A stretch of 64,000 nt of DNA from Chrysomallon squamiferum (taxonomy: Eukaryota; Animalia; Mollusca). Below the pieces are notes generated by a model. That model did no database searches and was not told the DNA's origin. It worked only from the letters and a program-made list of their open reading frames with translations. Below are positions 13,184 to 32,285 of this stretch, one piece after another. Numbering within the stretch: the stretch's first letter is position 1; every line of letters starts with the position of its first letter. The stretch lies in NCBI GenBank assembly GCA_012295275.1, contig CM022675.1, positions 3,038,001-3,102,000 of the forward strand, read 5' to 3'. A program made the translations under genes and the position numbers.

Positions 13184-16100
13184 TCAACCTCTCACAGAAC
13201 CAAGGTGGTTATAATCATCATTGGTGCAGTCAACATTTCTCAAATCCGTGTCAGCGATGTTGTAGTCGTCTTCAGTCACAGCAGCGATGTGGTTGTACGT
13301 CTCATCATGAGAAGATGTTGTCTTTGGTGTTGTTGTATCGTAATCACCTTCCACGACGTCTCTGATGTGGTTGTATGTTTTGTCATGAGCAGACATAGAC
13401 TTTGGTTTTGATTGAGTTGTATCATAATCACCTTCAACGTTGCTGTCAGTGTGGTTGTAGTTGACATTGTTGTTTATATGACTGTCATCTAGAACATTGT
13501 AGTCGTCTTCATCAGTGTTGTTGTTGCAGCTGTTGTTTGTTTGAGCAGCTGCCACATTCACATCAGTTGCTAGTTCATAGCTGCAATTTGTTTGAACATT
13601 CGCTGTATTCACATCAGTCGCCAGTTCATAGTCACTGGAGTTTGGCTTGGTTACCATGGTAACATTTGTTAGAGTTTCAAACTCATAATTTGAAACAGTT
13701 CCTGGTTTGATCTTATCGTAATCTGACAAGTTTTGTTGATTCACAGATCTGATTTGTCTAGTCAGGTTGCTTTCTGGTTTAGTCTTGAAACAAAATTTAT
13801 GCGAACTGAAAAAAAAATAATAATAATAATTTAAAAAAAAAAACCAAACAAAAATGATAAAACAAAGAAAAAAGCAAATAAATAAACAAACAAATAAACA
13901 AATAAAAAAATGTAATAAATAAGCAAATATAACAAACTAAAGAAATAAATAAAAACAAACAAATAAATCAATAAACGGAACAAATAAATAAAGAAAATGT
14001 AAGTTGAAACAGTTAAAGTTGAATAACAAAGAAGAAAAAGAAAAAAGAAGAAAAAAGGAATCTTAATAAGCTTGAAAAGTACAAATCAAAATTATTTTTA
14101 TGTTTACCTTTTCATCCAAGCAGTCACAACAACAGCTCCAGCTATGAGTAGAATTAGAGTAATAGAAACACCACCAGCAACACCTACATAAATAAATAAA
14201 TAAATAGTAATAATTATATTATTAATAATAATAATAATAAATAATAATAATAATAAATAAATAAATAAATAATAATAAATAATAATAATAAATAAATAAT
14301 AATAAATAAACATTTGTAAATGAAAATATAAATAAATAACTTTATTGACAGAATTTCAATAAGTATACGTAATCTAGTCTTTAACTATATAATTATCTTA
14401 ATTCGGTTTTGTTTAATGTTACTACTATAGTTAAATTTCGAAATTTTACATGTAATTTCTTTCTTTTTGTTTTTATTTTGTGCATATTTTGTCTTGTTGC
14501 TTATGCAGGTTTTATGCAAGCATATTCATTAAAGTAAATAAATATTAGTAACTTAAATGCACATGTTAATTTCAGGTAAATATTGTTTTTAATCTTACCT
14601 GTTTGATCTTTTTCATTTTTATTAAGAATCTGAGATTTTGTAACTGCAGCACCTGCAACGACAACAACAATAATAATAATAATAAAAACATTAACAACAA
14701 CAAAACAAATAATAGTAGTAGCAGTAGTAATGATAATTATAATGATAATGATAATAATGATGATATTAATGATAATGATAATAATGATGATATTAATGAT
14801 CATAGTTTAAAAAATAATGATAATAATAATAACACAATACCAACTACTAATATCATAATAAAAACAAGAAAATTAATAGAATTTCTCTAGTAGTATTGTA
14901 ATAACAACAGCAGCAACTGCTACTACTACTACTACTACAAAAACAAGAACTATAGTAATAAAACAACTTCTACAGTTCTGTTATTAATAATTTCAATGGT
15001 TTAATCCTAAATATCAATTATAAATTTAAACAAATTATTAACTAAGTATTTACAAAGGGAAATAATTATTTTATCTGATACGAAAGTGAACGGAGTTGTC
15101 TCCCTTTCAGACTTTTCTGTAACCTGTTTTGTCTTCTCTTGAAGTTGTTATTTCAGAGAAACTTGGAACTAACAAATTTGAATGAGATAAAGTCAAATGT
15201 TTTAACAAAGAATTAAGAAATATGACGTACATTTTCTGAACACATCTTGATATCTGAATATAATCAAAAGCAGATTTCTTAGTTTAGGTAATGTAAGCTC
15301 TGCGTTTTTATTTTTTTATGTGTTGTAATTTTCAAAACAAGAACAATAACAACAACAACAAAAATCTATATATCTATAATATTTATCTATATGTACGCAT
15401 CTCTCTCTTTCTGTCTGTCTGTCCATCAGTCCATCAATCCATCTCTTTGTATACAGTTCTTACTATAAAATTACCCAAGATAAAGAATACATTGTTTTTA
15501 ATACCTGGATTGGTTTTATAGGCTTAAAATCATAGGTGCATAAAATATATAACTATATTTTTGAAAATACTATTTATCGACAATATTTAAATAACTGTCA
15601 AAGTAAATTTACAATTATACACTGACCATACTGTTATTAAAGGTTGCCATTATTTGTATGACTGTTAGACCTAACCTTCCTCAGTACGTAATGGGTTATT
15701 GCTTGTTTCATCCAGTGCTTCATAAATTATTTAGTAACTTAAATGTGAATAACCGTCTGTCTGTAAGAACGAGCAAATAAAAGTTTCATTGGTCCTTGAG
15801 GAAAATGTAGCTGAATGAATATCTCTGAAGACTGATTATGAAATACATTCATTTATTTTTAATTCTGCAGAAAATTATATATATATATATATATATACAC
15901 ATATAAACAAACAAAGAAATAAATAATACTTACTATTAATACAAATGGCGGAATTGTGGATGCTGCAGTTACTGATTGAAAATGAAGTTTTGCCATTTGA
16001 GAATTTTTCTAACAACACGCAGCCATTTTGTGTAATGTTTATATTCAGTGTTTCATCTTCAAAAACTGGAATTATATAATCAAAAGCAGTCCCTTTTATC

Positions 16101-17811
16101 CCATAATGAATAAATTACTTTAATTTAATTTTTGTATTTGTCAAAAATAATATAATAATAATAAAAAGAAAAAGAAGAAGTTGTATGTCTGTTCGTCTTA
16201 ACATGAACAAGTAACTCACTGAAATGACTGTCAGTCCAGACTATTTGTTTGTCACGTTTTAATCCAATCCAGTACTTTCTGTTAGGCCATAAAGGTTGTC
16301 TTATTGTTTCAGCGTCACTTTTGTTTGGTTTGACTAAAACACAGCTTGAATTAGATGAAAACCAGCTTTCAGTCATGTAATGATTGTAACACGAGTCGTC
16401 AGAATACTGTCCAGGACCTGATGGGGAAAAAAGAAGAAATATTTAAATTATTGTACGTAGCAATAAGCAGTATTAAATGTTAAGCTAACATTAAAAATAT
16501 GTGTGAAATTATGTAATTTATGCAGTGATTCTTAACAGTTTTAGATGGTTTTTTTCTAATTTTTTATTTTTCAGAATTGTATATACTATTAAATGGATGC
16601 CAAACAAAAATAAAAAGTTATTAAGCAGTTGTTATGCCTAAAAATATTTTTAGATAAAACTTGATTTTATCTTCTTGCATGTCTTAGTAGCATTTGAAAG
16701 CTTTATTAACATCTGAGCGAACTTACACGCTGTGTTTAGGAGTTACCTAAAAATATATTTTACCTACCACTGCACTGTCTGTTTTCTAAATGGATGGAGG
16801 TGAGGGTTAAAGTTTTAATTCTTAATAGTATGGGTACTAAGAGGAACAGGATTATTATTGTAGCTAAGTTCGATCATTTTTACATTTCCATTTCGATTGA
16901 CTTGCATGTCAGTTGAATGTGATGCTTGAATCGAAATATTTCTTGTTATTGCGTTTTTCATTCTGAAAGTACGCCAGATTTTTCATCTTTTATCACAGTT
17001 TTCAAGCCTTTGTTTTCAGTTTTTATTCTAAAGTTACCACTTTTCGCTTTTCATTAATACTGATACCCTTTCTTCTTGTCCAGTTTTATGTTAACAGAGA
17101 AAATTCTGAATATAAAAAAGCTTATCCACAAGAAAACATATAAACAAACATCCCCAACAACAAAAACTGCTCTTAAAACGACCTTCCTTGTATTTTTTTT
17201 TTTTTTTTTTTTAATTAATCAGGTCAGTTTCTGCAGGTAGAAGTTTAAATATTTCTTAAGAAGATTCATATACTCTAAGTGAAAATATTCAAAACGTAAA
17301 ATGTTTTTAAAGTATTAAAATACGAACACTTTAACACTGGCTTTGAATGTGTAAAATGGCGTCTATGCGTCTATGCGTCTATGCATATTCAAATTGTTAA
17401 CTCACAGTTACAAATGAATCCTTTTTTTATCTCACAGTTCTCTTCTGTTTTGATTATTAAACTCCATACATCTTGGTCAACATATCCACATAGACCCTGA
17501 ATATCCAAATGAACAGTTATATCTGTAAACAAAAAATAATAAAATAAAATAAAGAAATAAATAAATTATGTATACAATAGTAACAGTGGAGTATTCGAAA
17601 CAGTAGAAATAGTTGTATTACAAGTAGTAATAGTAGTTGTAGTTGTCGTAGTAATAGTAGCAGTCGCTTAAGTGGCAATTTTAGTAGTATGCGTGCCAAT
17701 AACAGCTATAGAATATAATTATAATTGATATCAGCAAAAATCATTGAGAGACAGAGAGAGTAAATACAAATCCTATATGTATTTTTCTTATAGTTTTCTT
17801 AAATATATGTA

Positions 17812-17866
<55 letters not shown>

Positions 17867-18591
17867 TGTATAGTGTACAAAAGATCTAGCCCATTAGCAA
17901 ATCAATGTTATTTTATTGTTTTTCTATATGTGTATACTCGGGCAGATAAATTTAAAAAAGACATATATCAGTTGGGGCTTGTTTTGTTACCACCATCATT
18001 TCTGATCTCTAATTTACGAAGTAAATGTGGAGATGTTGTATATTAATGAGCAAATGGAAATAAAAGTTACCTATTTTATAAATACTCATTGTGTTTTCAG
18101 TCCCACAGTTTCATTGACGTTTCCCAAACAAACACTTTTATTTTGTCTGAGAAGAAATCGATGTGAAAACTGATTCCAAAACCTAAGACAGTAGCACTTA
18201 TCTCCCTGAAATAAAACTATATTTTATTGTCAATTTTTTTTTAAAAATATTGTATCTTTTACTTTTAATTATGTTCGTTTAAAAAAAGAAGTATTTTTAT
18301 TAAATTATCGAAACATTAATGCGTTATAAACAAAAAGAATTTATAAAACTAGTGAAAGTATACGTTAAATGTAGCATGTAGACAAAAAAAAAGAAGATAT
18401 AAACAGAACCAGAAAAAAGAAACCTACAGAAAGCAACAACAAAAGACAACAACAGATGTAGCAGCCTCAAAACTCCACCCCCACGACTGTTTCTCTGTAT
18501 GTGTGTGTGTGTGTGTGTGTGTATGTGTGTGTATATATATACGTGTGTATGTGTCAATTTTGTTTCTGTTTGTGTGTATGTGTGTGTGTGT

Positions 18592-18624
<33 letters not shown>

Positions 18625-21081
18625 GTTGTATGGATGGAAGGATGGAAAGAGATACCAAACATATTTGAGCCACTTTTTCCTTATAAATATTTTGGGTGGA
18701 TAACAACTAAAGTATCCAAGAGAGATGATATTGCTCAAGTATCAGTATTTGTAGTCCATGTTATATTTTCACACATGCATGTTTTTAACCTGATGAAAAT
18801 AATTCAGAAAATTGTGGTCTGTTACGTTTTTAGTTTTCGTGGAAAGTGTTCTCACTACTGTGATACACTAGAATTTATCTTGAAACAATGATATACTATT
18901 TGAAGCTCAAGCAGAATTTAGAAAGCATTACTCTAAGGTTTTCACGTATTTCGGAATGAAATCTGTGATTTAAAATATGCAGGACAATTGATCTTCGTGA
19001 CGTTTTCACTTACTGTACAAATTATTCACGTTAAGTTGATAGTTAACAAATCCTGAATCACAACGCGTAACGCCACCTCTCTTGTAATTATTGAAAATAA
19101 AAACTGTTTAACTCAACTAAATGTTATAATTATTTGTATTTATTTCTATTTAAAGGTATATGTCTACATATCTAGGAGGGTGTTTTGGGACTGCAGGGGT
19201 ATTTTGAGGCTGATGAGTGATTTCAGGCTCCATTAGGCCAACTAAGAAAGATGTCTTTCAAATCCTTAAGAGTCTCAAATGATTGTTTTAAAACCGGTAA
19301 TAGTTAATTATTCACAATAGCGTATAGACAGTTTATTGTTAGTTCATAATCAGTTTATTATGTTCAGTACAGGACGGAGTCCAGTCACAAACATCAGATG
19401 CAGCCGACGAAAGTCGAATTAATGGGGCTTTTTTGCCCACACTCGATTATCAAGAAAACCGGTGTGTGTGTGTTACAATGTCTGTGTATGTTTCTGTATG
19501 TTACTGTGTGTGTTTGTGTCTGCGTTACACTGTGAGTATGTGTGTGTGGTTTGTAAATGTTACTGTGTATGTGTGTATGTTTTTTATATGTTCCTATGAA
19601 TGTGTGTCTGTTTGTGTGTTTTTTATTTTTGTCTATGTGTTACTATGGTATGTATGTGTGTATATGTGAGAGAGCTTAATAACCAAAATATTTAATTTAT
19701 CATATAAACTGCTAACCTGCAATCCCACATATGTTACACTTGCAGTAGTTTTTGTTGACATTGGTAGTAACATCGGCTTGCCTGGTTGTCGTATTTGATT
19801 TGATAAAACTGTTCAGATTGTGATTAATTCATTTCTCCAACATAATGAAACAGTGGTGTGTTATCCTCTGTAAACATAAGTAGATTTGTTTAATGCAGTC
19901 GATTTTGAATTATCTTTTAATATAAGGAATAATTTTGTATATAAAGTGCAGTCTGACATACACGCATGCATATTCACATGCATATATAATTACGTGAATT
20001 TCATTTGTCCTAAAATATTTTCTTTAAGCAAGAAACTTTACGAAAAATTATCACGCCAATAGTATATTATGTACAATACTACATTTACCAAATTATAAAA
20101 ACACTAACAGCTATATTACTACTGTTACTCCTGCTGCCACTTCTAATAATAATATGGTGATGATGATCGTTATCATAAATCCGCATTCTTATTATAATAA
20201 AAATAAAGAAAACAAAAAACAAACAAACAACAAAAACAAAAATCAAACAAAACAAATGCTTACAAATAATAATATGTGTGAGGGATAAAAAAAAATTATA
20301 TCTTAAATGCAGTATAATTATTTCACTCAGCTGATTGGGTTAAACAGACCTTCGTTCTGTAACCAATTTTTTATCACGTGTCTAGAAGCTATCTGTCTAC
20401 AGGGAGAAAAAATATCGACGCTCATGTCTAATAAAATCTATTTTTTTATTTTCTATTTTATTATAGCGTTAGTAACGTCAATAAATGACCATTATTAGAT
20501 AATACTAACAAGTACATTTATATTGATATTATTTTATAATGATTACCTATATATCTAGATATGTATAGATATATATATATATGTGCACACTCATACACAC
20601 AACGATAAATGTGTTCATGTTAAGCTGTAATATAAACTCAATACAGTTGAACATTCACAGTAGTCATAACTGTCGGTCTGCTTATTTCTAATCCTAACTG
20701 CAAAGTACGACAAAACAATGATTTATATCACCTGTCCACATCCATGAACTGTACTGAACTTTAGCTCCAATCCAGTAAGATCCAGCTGTGACGTCACTCA
20801 GTAATGTAATATCTGACGTATTGTATAGGTGTTCTCCACGTTCGTGACATGCATAAACTGCTGTGTCCCATGTGACGTTATTTAATACACGCAGAGTAGC
20901 TGTAATGAAACAGAATATATTTACTTACAAATCTAATGTAATCGATCGCAAAAGTAAGAAAATAAAAATAAAAAATGTTCGCTTGTAACTAAAATATTTT
21001 ACCTGACACGGAAAACAGCTGACATAAAATCCCGCTAAAAACTGTCAGAAGCAGACGAGTTGTACTCCACAGGTCAGCCAT
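13184..21081 (-). pseudogene. Gene C: long-tail CTLD/WSC receptor with a broken WSC cassette and an intact TM (pseudogene or WSC-less isoform)
   Basis: Signal 21081-21003 (MADLWSTTRLLLTVFSGILCQLFSVS); 20899-20732; WSC exon ~19867-19717 with GAA>TAA and a 4-nt deletion; WSC exon ~18205-18071 with a 1-nt deletion; 17522-17406; 16417-16220 (CPGQYSDDSCY...KYWIGLKR); ~16065-15934; stalk ~15168-15075 with a mutated donor; 14652-14599; TM 14183-14108 (GVAGGVSITLILLIAGAVVVTAWMK); tail 13805-13184 open. Confidence 0.8.
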
Positions 21082-21420
21082 GACACCTTGTGACCTGTAC
21101 AAAGAAGTAAAACATTATCTGTGTTTAACAATACCGGTCTGTCACAAACAAAAATAATTTTGTAAAACGATACAGCAATTTCAAAAACTATAGTGAAACC
21201 ACAGAACTAGCTATACGTAAATGACTAATAATAGACTTTGTACATAAAAACACTTTTGTGTTTAATAAACCATGAAGTGAACAGAGTGTGACTGCTGTCC
21301 TAGAAAGAAAACAACTCACGCGTTCACTTCAAATAAACTTGCTAAGTACAGACTATCTACCTGTTTATTTTGTGTTCATTTTCACTTTAAAGATGACGAC
21401 GGCTGTGACGATGACTATAA

Positions 21421-21510
21421 TTACGATAATGTTGTTATTATGTTAAGATGATGATGATGATGATGTTTACGATAATGTTGTTATTATGTTAAGATGATGA
21501 TGATGATGTT
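21421..21510. repeat. ~45-bp tandem duplication containing (GAT)n
   Basis: ttacgataatgttgttattatgttaagatgatgatgatgatg occurs twice. Confidence 0.8.
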
Positions 21511-21860
21511 ATGATCAAAAACTCAGTGATTTTGATAACAATGAGATACATGCAATTCTGGCTGAAATTATTTAAATATTTAACAGAAACTGGATTTTGT
21601 GTTTAATATAATTAGTGGGCAAAGTTTTTTTTCCTAGAAACTAATAAATACACATATATGTACACACATACACACACATACTTACATACACATACACTGT
21701 GTACACATTATATACATACATACACACACAAATATATACACGCATATCCACGTACATTGAAATATGCACATCACACGTACATAGACACATACACAAATAT
21801 ACACACCTCGCTCAGTCTGTATATACACATCCTTATATATGTATATGTGTATGTGTGTGA

Positions 21861-21893
<33 letters not shown>

Positions 21894-22464
21894 CATATAG
21901 ATAGATAGATAGATAGATATGTTAATATACACAAATGTGTGTACATAGATGGACTTACCTACTTTCAAACACACATGCACACGTATGTTTATGTAGATGT
22001 GTATATATACACAGAAACACACTGGCTTATACTGCGTAACAATTATTCCGTCACTGATTTCGTTTTATTTTCACTTTTTAATTTTTTTTAGATCACCTCT
22101 TTTTCTTTCAATTCCTTTTCTTTTTCACACGTATATAGACACACACACATACACACACACCTCTGTCAGTATGTATAAATACATGCTTATCTGTGTATGT
22201 CTATTCATCTGTTTGTATGTTTATATTATACAGATGTGTGTATGTAGATACACATATATACTTTCATATTAACACATGTAAGTATGAATACATGTTTTTA
22301 ATCTCTTTATGAATGTTTTCACAACCACACAAACACATACACATGTGTTTGATTAGATGTACACATCTACCTACATTTATACATACCCAGAAACACACTG
22401 GTATATACTTATAACAATTATTCTGAGGTAGCTCTTTCTCGTTTGAAATTTCACATCAGACTTT

Positions 22465-22800
22465 TCGATCCTTGAAAGAAAATAACTCAGACGTTAACTT
22501 CAAATAAACTTGCTAAACTTGTTTTCTGTGTGTTCGTTTTATTTATTTATTTATTTATTTTTATAAATCATCTCTGTTTCTTTGTCGCTCTATTTAAATT
22601 ATGAATTTTGAAATAGCTTGATTTGTTCAGTTTACTATTTGTGTTAACGAAACAGAAGAAGAAGAAGAAAGAAAAAGAGGTGATACGAAGAATAATTAAA
22701 AACAAAATGAAAAGAAAAAGAAAGAGAGAAAAGTGGACAGCAGTGATGGAATAATTGTTATACAGTTTATGTCAGCGTGTTTCTGTGTTAAATATGAACG
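22465..22800 (-). promoter_or_regulatory. Orphan copy of the family's upstream/promoter region, with no gene attached
   Basis: Its reverse complement resembles 34250-34540 upstream of gene E. It also shares agaaaa-aactca...cttcaaataaacttgctaa with 21301-21346. Confidence 0.5.
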
Positions 22801-22835
22801 TAGTTAGATATGTGCATCTACATAAACACATGAGT

Positions 22836-22990
22836 ATATATAAACATACAGAGAAATACATACAGACACATAAACACGTGTGTATATATAAACATACACA
22901 TACAAAGAAATACATACAGACACATAAACACGTGTGTATATATAAACATACACGTACAGAGAAATACATACAGACACATAAACGTGTTTA
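22836..22990. repeat. ~54-bp minisatellite (~3 copies)
   Basis: Repeated unit tatataaacatacac.tacagagaaatacatacagacacataaacacgtgtg. Confidence 0.75.
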
Positions 22991-23459
22991 TACATACTGA
23001 CAGGTGGATATGGTTCTGTATGTGTCTATGTACGTGTGTGTGAATGTACGTGCGTATGTGTGTATTTCTGAATGACTATAAGTATATATGTATCTGTAGT
23101 GTATGTATATGTATGTATCTTTGTGTGTATTTTATTACTTACTTGTTCTAGGCAGAAAACGTAGTAGAATAATCACATTAAACACAAATTCTACTGTCTT
23201 TAACTATTTAAATAATTTCAGTCCTTCTATATTTCTCATTATTATCAAAATCAATTAATTTCTATCACAACATCATGATCGTGATCATAACATAATAACA
23301 ACATTATCTTAATCATAATCGTCATCGTCGTCATCTTCATAATAAAGACAGAATTATTATAATTATAGCTTTCATCATCGACATTTTTATCTTCGTCATA
23401 AAAACGTAGACAACGATAACAGGTAGATAGTCTATATTTAGTAAGATTATTTAATACAG

Positions 23460-23553
23460 TCGTGTGAGTTATTTTCTTTCTAGGACAGCAGACACACTCT
23501 GTTCACTTCCTGGTTTGTTAAACACAAAGGTGTTTTAATGTACAAAGTCTAAC
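23460..23553 (+). promoter_or_regulatory. Conserved promoter and non-coding first exon of gene D
   Basis: The block taggacagcagacacactct...aatgtacaaagtctaac|gtaag is conserved upstream of genes B, C, E and I. A 5' splice donor lies at 23554, and the ATG exon is preceded by the acceptor tgtacag (23732). Confidence 0.55.
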
Positions 23554-23745
23554 GTAAGATTTCAAACGTGCACTAGTTACCTCGGTAATTAAAATATTTA
23601 TTATTAATCATCTGCGTATAAATATTTTCGTCTATTATTCGAGTTTTTAAAGTTGTTATATCGCTTTACAAAATTAATCTTTCTGAAAACGGGTGTTTGT
23701 AAAAATAGATCTTATTTTACTTCTGTGTACAGTTAACAGAGTGTC

Positions 23746-29848
<6,103 letters not shown>

Positions 29849-32285
29849 AACAAATAAACTTTGACTGAGTGAAACACTCGATCTGCTAGTTAAAATAAAC
29901 TTTTATACGTGTACTGCATAGTCTGCACAATATATATTTAATACTGCATAAAGCAGTGTTGTGTAAAGAATGTCAATCCAATTTAGATGTTCTGTTCATA
30001 TGCACTGTAACAACAAAAATAGTACTGAATAAAAAGTGTGTGTGTGTGTGCAAAGAAGTAAAAAGGAAAAAAGAAAAGAAACAATCAGTTTGAACTATTC
30101 ATTTGTTCATGCATTCAGATAAATTTTAGATGAAAATAAAAACGTTATGTAAAACAACGCTAGTTCCAGACTGTAAGGCGTGGTAGGCACTTACTTGTAT
30201 CGTTATACCTCTTCAGGGTGGAAACGGTTTGGTGACGTATGACATAACCGGACATTGCTCTCCTGTACCAGTAAATTTCAGAACGTTGTCTGTGTGCAGA
30301 GTCGAGTCGCTTGTAGATAAGATGTCACCAAAGTCACACACAGACACTTACCCATAAAACCCAAACAGTCACACAGTCATGTAAATAAATCGAAACACAC
30401 ATGAGATACTAAGAAACATGTACCTGTATCAATTCGAGTTTTACAGAGCGAATCACACACATACATACATACACACACACATACCACACACAGAAATGGA
30501 ACGAATAAATAAAAATCTATATTAGTTCATATCATCACTTTTTTGTCATTTACATTAAACAATCTTGTAAGAAACATGAGCTGCACATTGAGTCAGTTAA
30601 TAAAATAAGCAGGTTTACTACAGTGAAGAAAATGTTTCCTATAAGCAGACTAAGTGAAATTTCGTATTTGACAGGGCACTGAGTAACTGACTTGCTGGTA
30701 TTCTGATAATCTGGACATTGCTTGGTTGAATTCAGTTAACAAAATGCCTGTCACAGGATGCTGAACATAATAAAGGATTAAAAGAAAGTTCTAGAATATT
30801 AATACAGATTAAAATGTTAAAGATCAGTAAAAATTATCTGTTTAAACACAATCGCGTGCACGGTCGCACACACACAAACACGCACAAAAAACAACAACAA
30901 CAAAATTACTTACGTTTTAGGATTATTAGACGTTTGAGTTAAAACAGGAAGTAAATAATAAAATCGAAGAAGGTAAATATACATATACATACATAAATAT
31001 ATATATATATAATCATGAAATAAAGATTTTCCGCGTGTCTTCGTTTCTCTCTGTCTCTTGTCATCTATTATTATGATGAAATTGGAATTAAAATGAGCAA
31101 ATATGCAACGCAAAATGCCAAATACCTATTCTGAAGAAAATAAATAAAAACTAGACGAGGTAAAATAATAATAAGAAAGTAAGAAAATGAATGAATAAAT
31201 AATAATAATAATTTAAAAAGCACAGTAAAACTCTGAGACAGTAATAATGACAAGAGCGACAACAACAACAGAAACAGCACCAAAATACTAAGTAGAACAA
31301 CAACATATAGTTGTTTGCACGTTTTAATATGCACATTTATATATATATCAGTTGTGTCATATTCTAAAGTTAATGTATTTTGTGGAACCTACAAAAGACA
31401 TGTATACACTTTGTCTTAAAATCTTTAAAAAATATGAAAGAAAAAAGTCGTTTAACATTAAAAGCTGTTCGATTCGTTCGGGGTAAATAAACAGGACGGA
31501 CTCTTTCTAAACAAGATTTTTTGTGAGTAAATAATCAGATGTGGTACCATTTTAACAATTCAAGAAATCCTTTTTTTACCTTTGTGATTCGATGCTTCGA
31601 AGTTTCTTGTAGAAAATACATCTTAATATATCACTTCCTGTTTACAGTTTTCTGGTTACGACCGGCAAAATCAAACTTCTAAGGTTTGTTTTATTTTATA
31701 ATCCTTAACTTTTGACAGGTCATCATAGGTGACTGGATAAATATTAACTTACTTGTGTTTTTTATATTTTTTAATATTTATCGAATGTTAGAATCTTTTA
31801 AACATTCGCTCGAATGTCTCGTCTGATCCTCGGATTACTTCACTGTGCCGCAGTGCGGTGTGCAAGAGCGAAACAAATAATAATAAAATAAAACAAAAAT
31901 AAATAATAATTCAGTACTAATAAATTTGTATACATTTTGAATGATGTAAGTAGCTGACTGTTAATTATCATTATAATTATATTGTATAATTACAATCCTG
32001 AAACTTTTAATTTTATTATTATTATTATTATTATTGACAAAATATTAAGTACATATTACCTGATTATGGTCTTTAATGTTTGTTGATAACTTGAATTACA
32101 AATTATTTCATTCTATAAATGTGTGTCAAATTGTATGTAAATAAACTAAAGAAAAAAGAAATGCAGTTTATGAAATTCCATTGCATATTAATCATTTTTA
32201 TTGTTTGAATTTAAGATAAAGATTAATTTCTTAATTAATTATACACATCAGTAATGGAAAATTAATCTATGCATTTTCCTTTCAG

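Noticed and set aside
18324-18891. CV-rich and HT-rich ORFs, also at 1652, 17816, 21658-23000, 24588-24920 and 54433
   Set aside because: They arise from (GT/CA)n microsatellites in introns or intergenic DNA.
30170-30430. GC-richer block with minus-strand AG/GT signals and a TGACGT motif
   Set aside because: No recognisable product and the candidate exons are short or contain stops, so the evidence is insufficient to call an exon or promoter.
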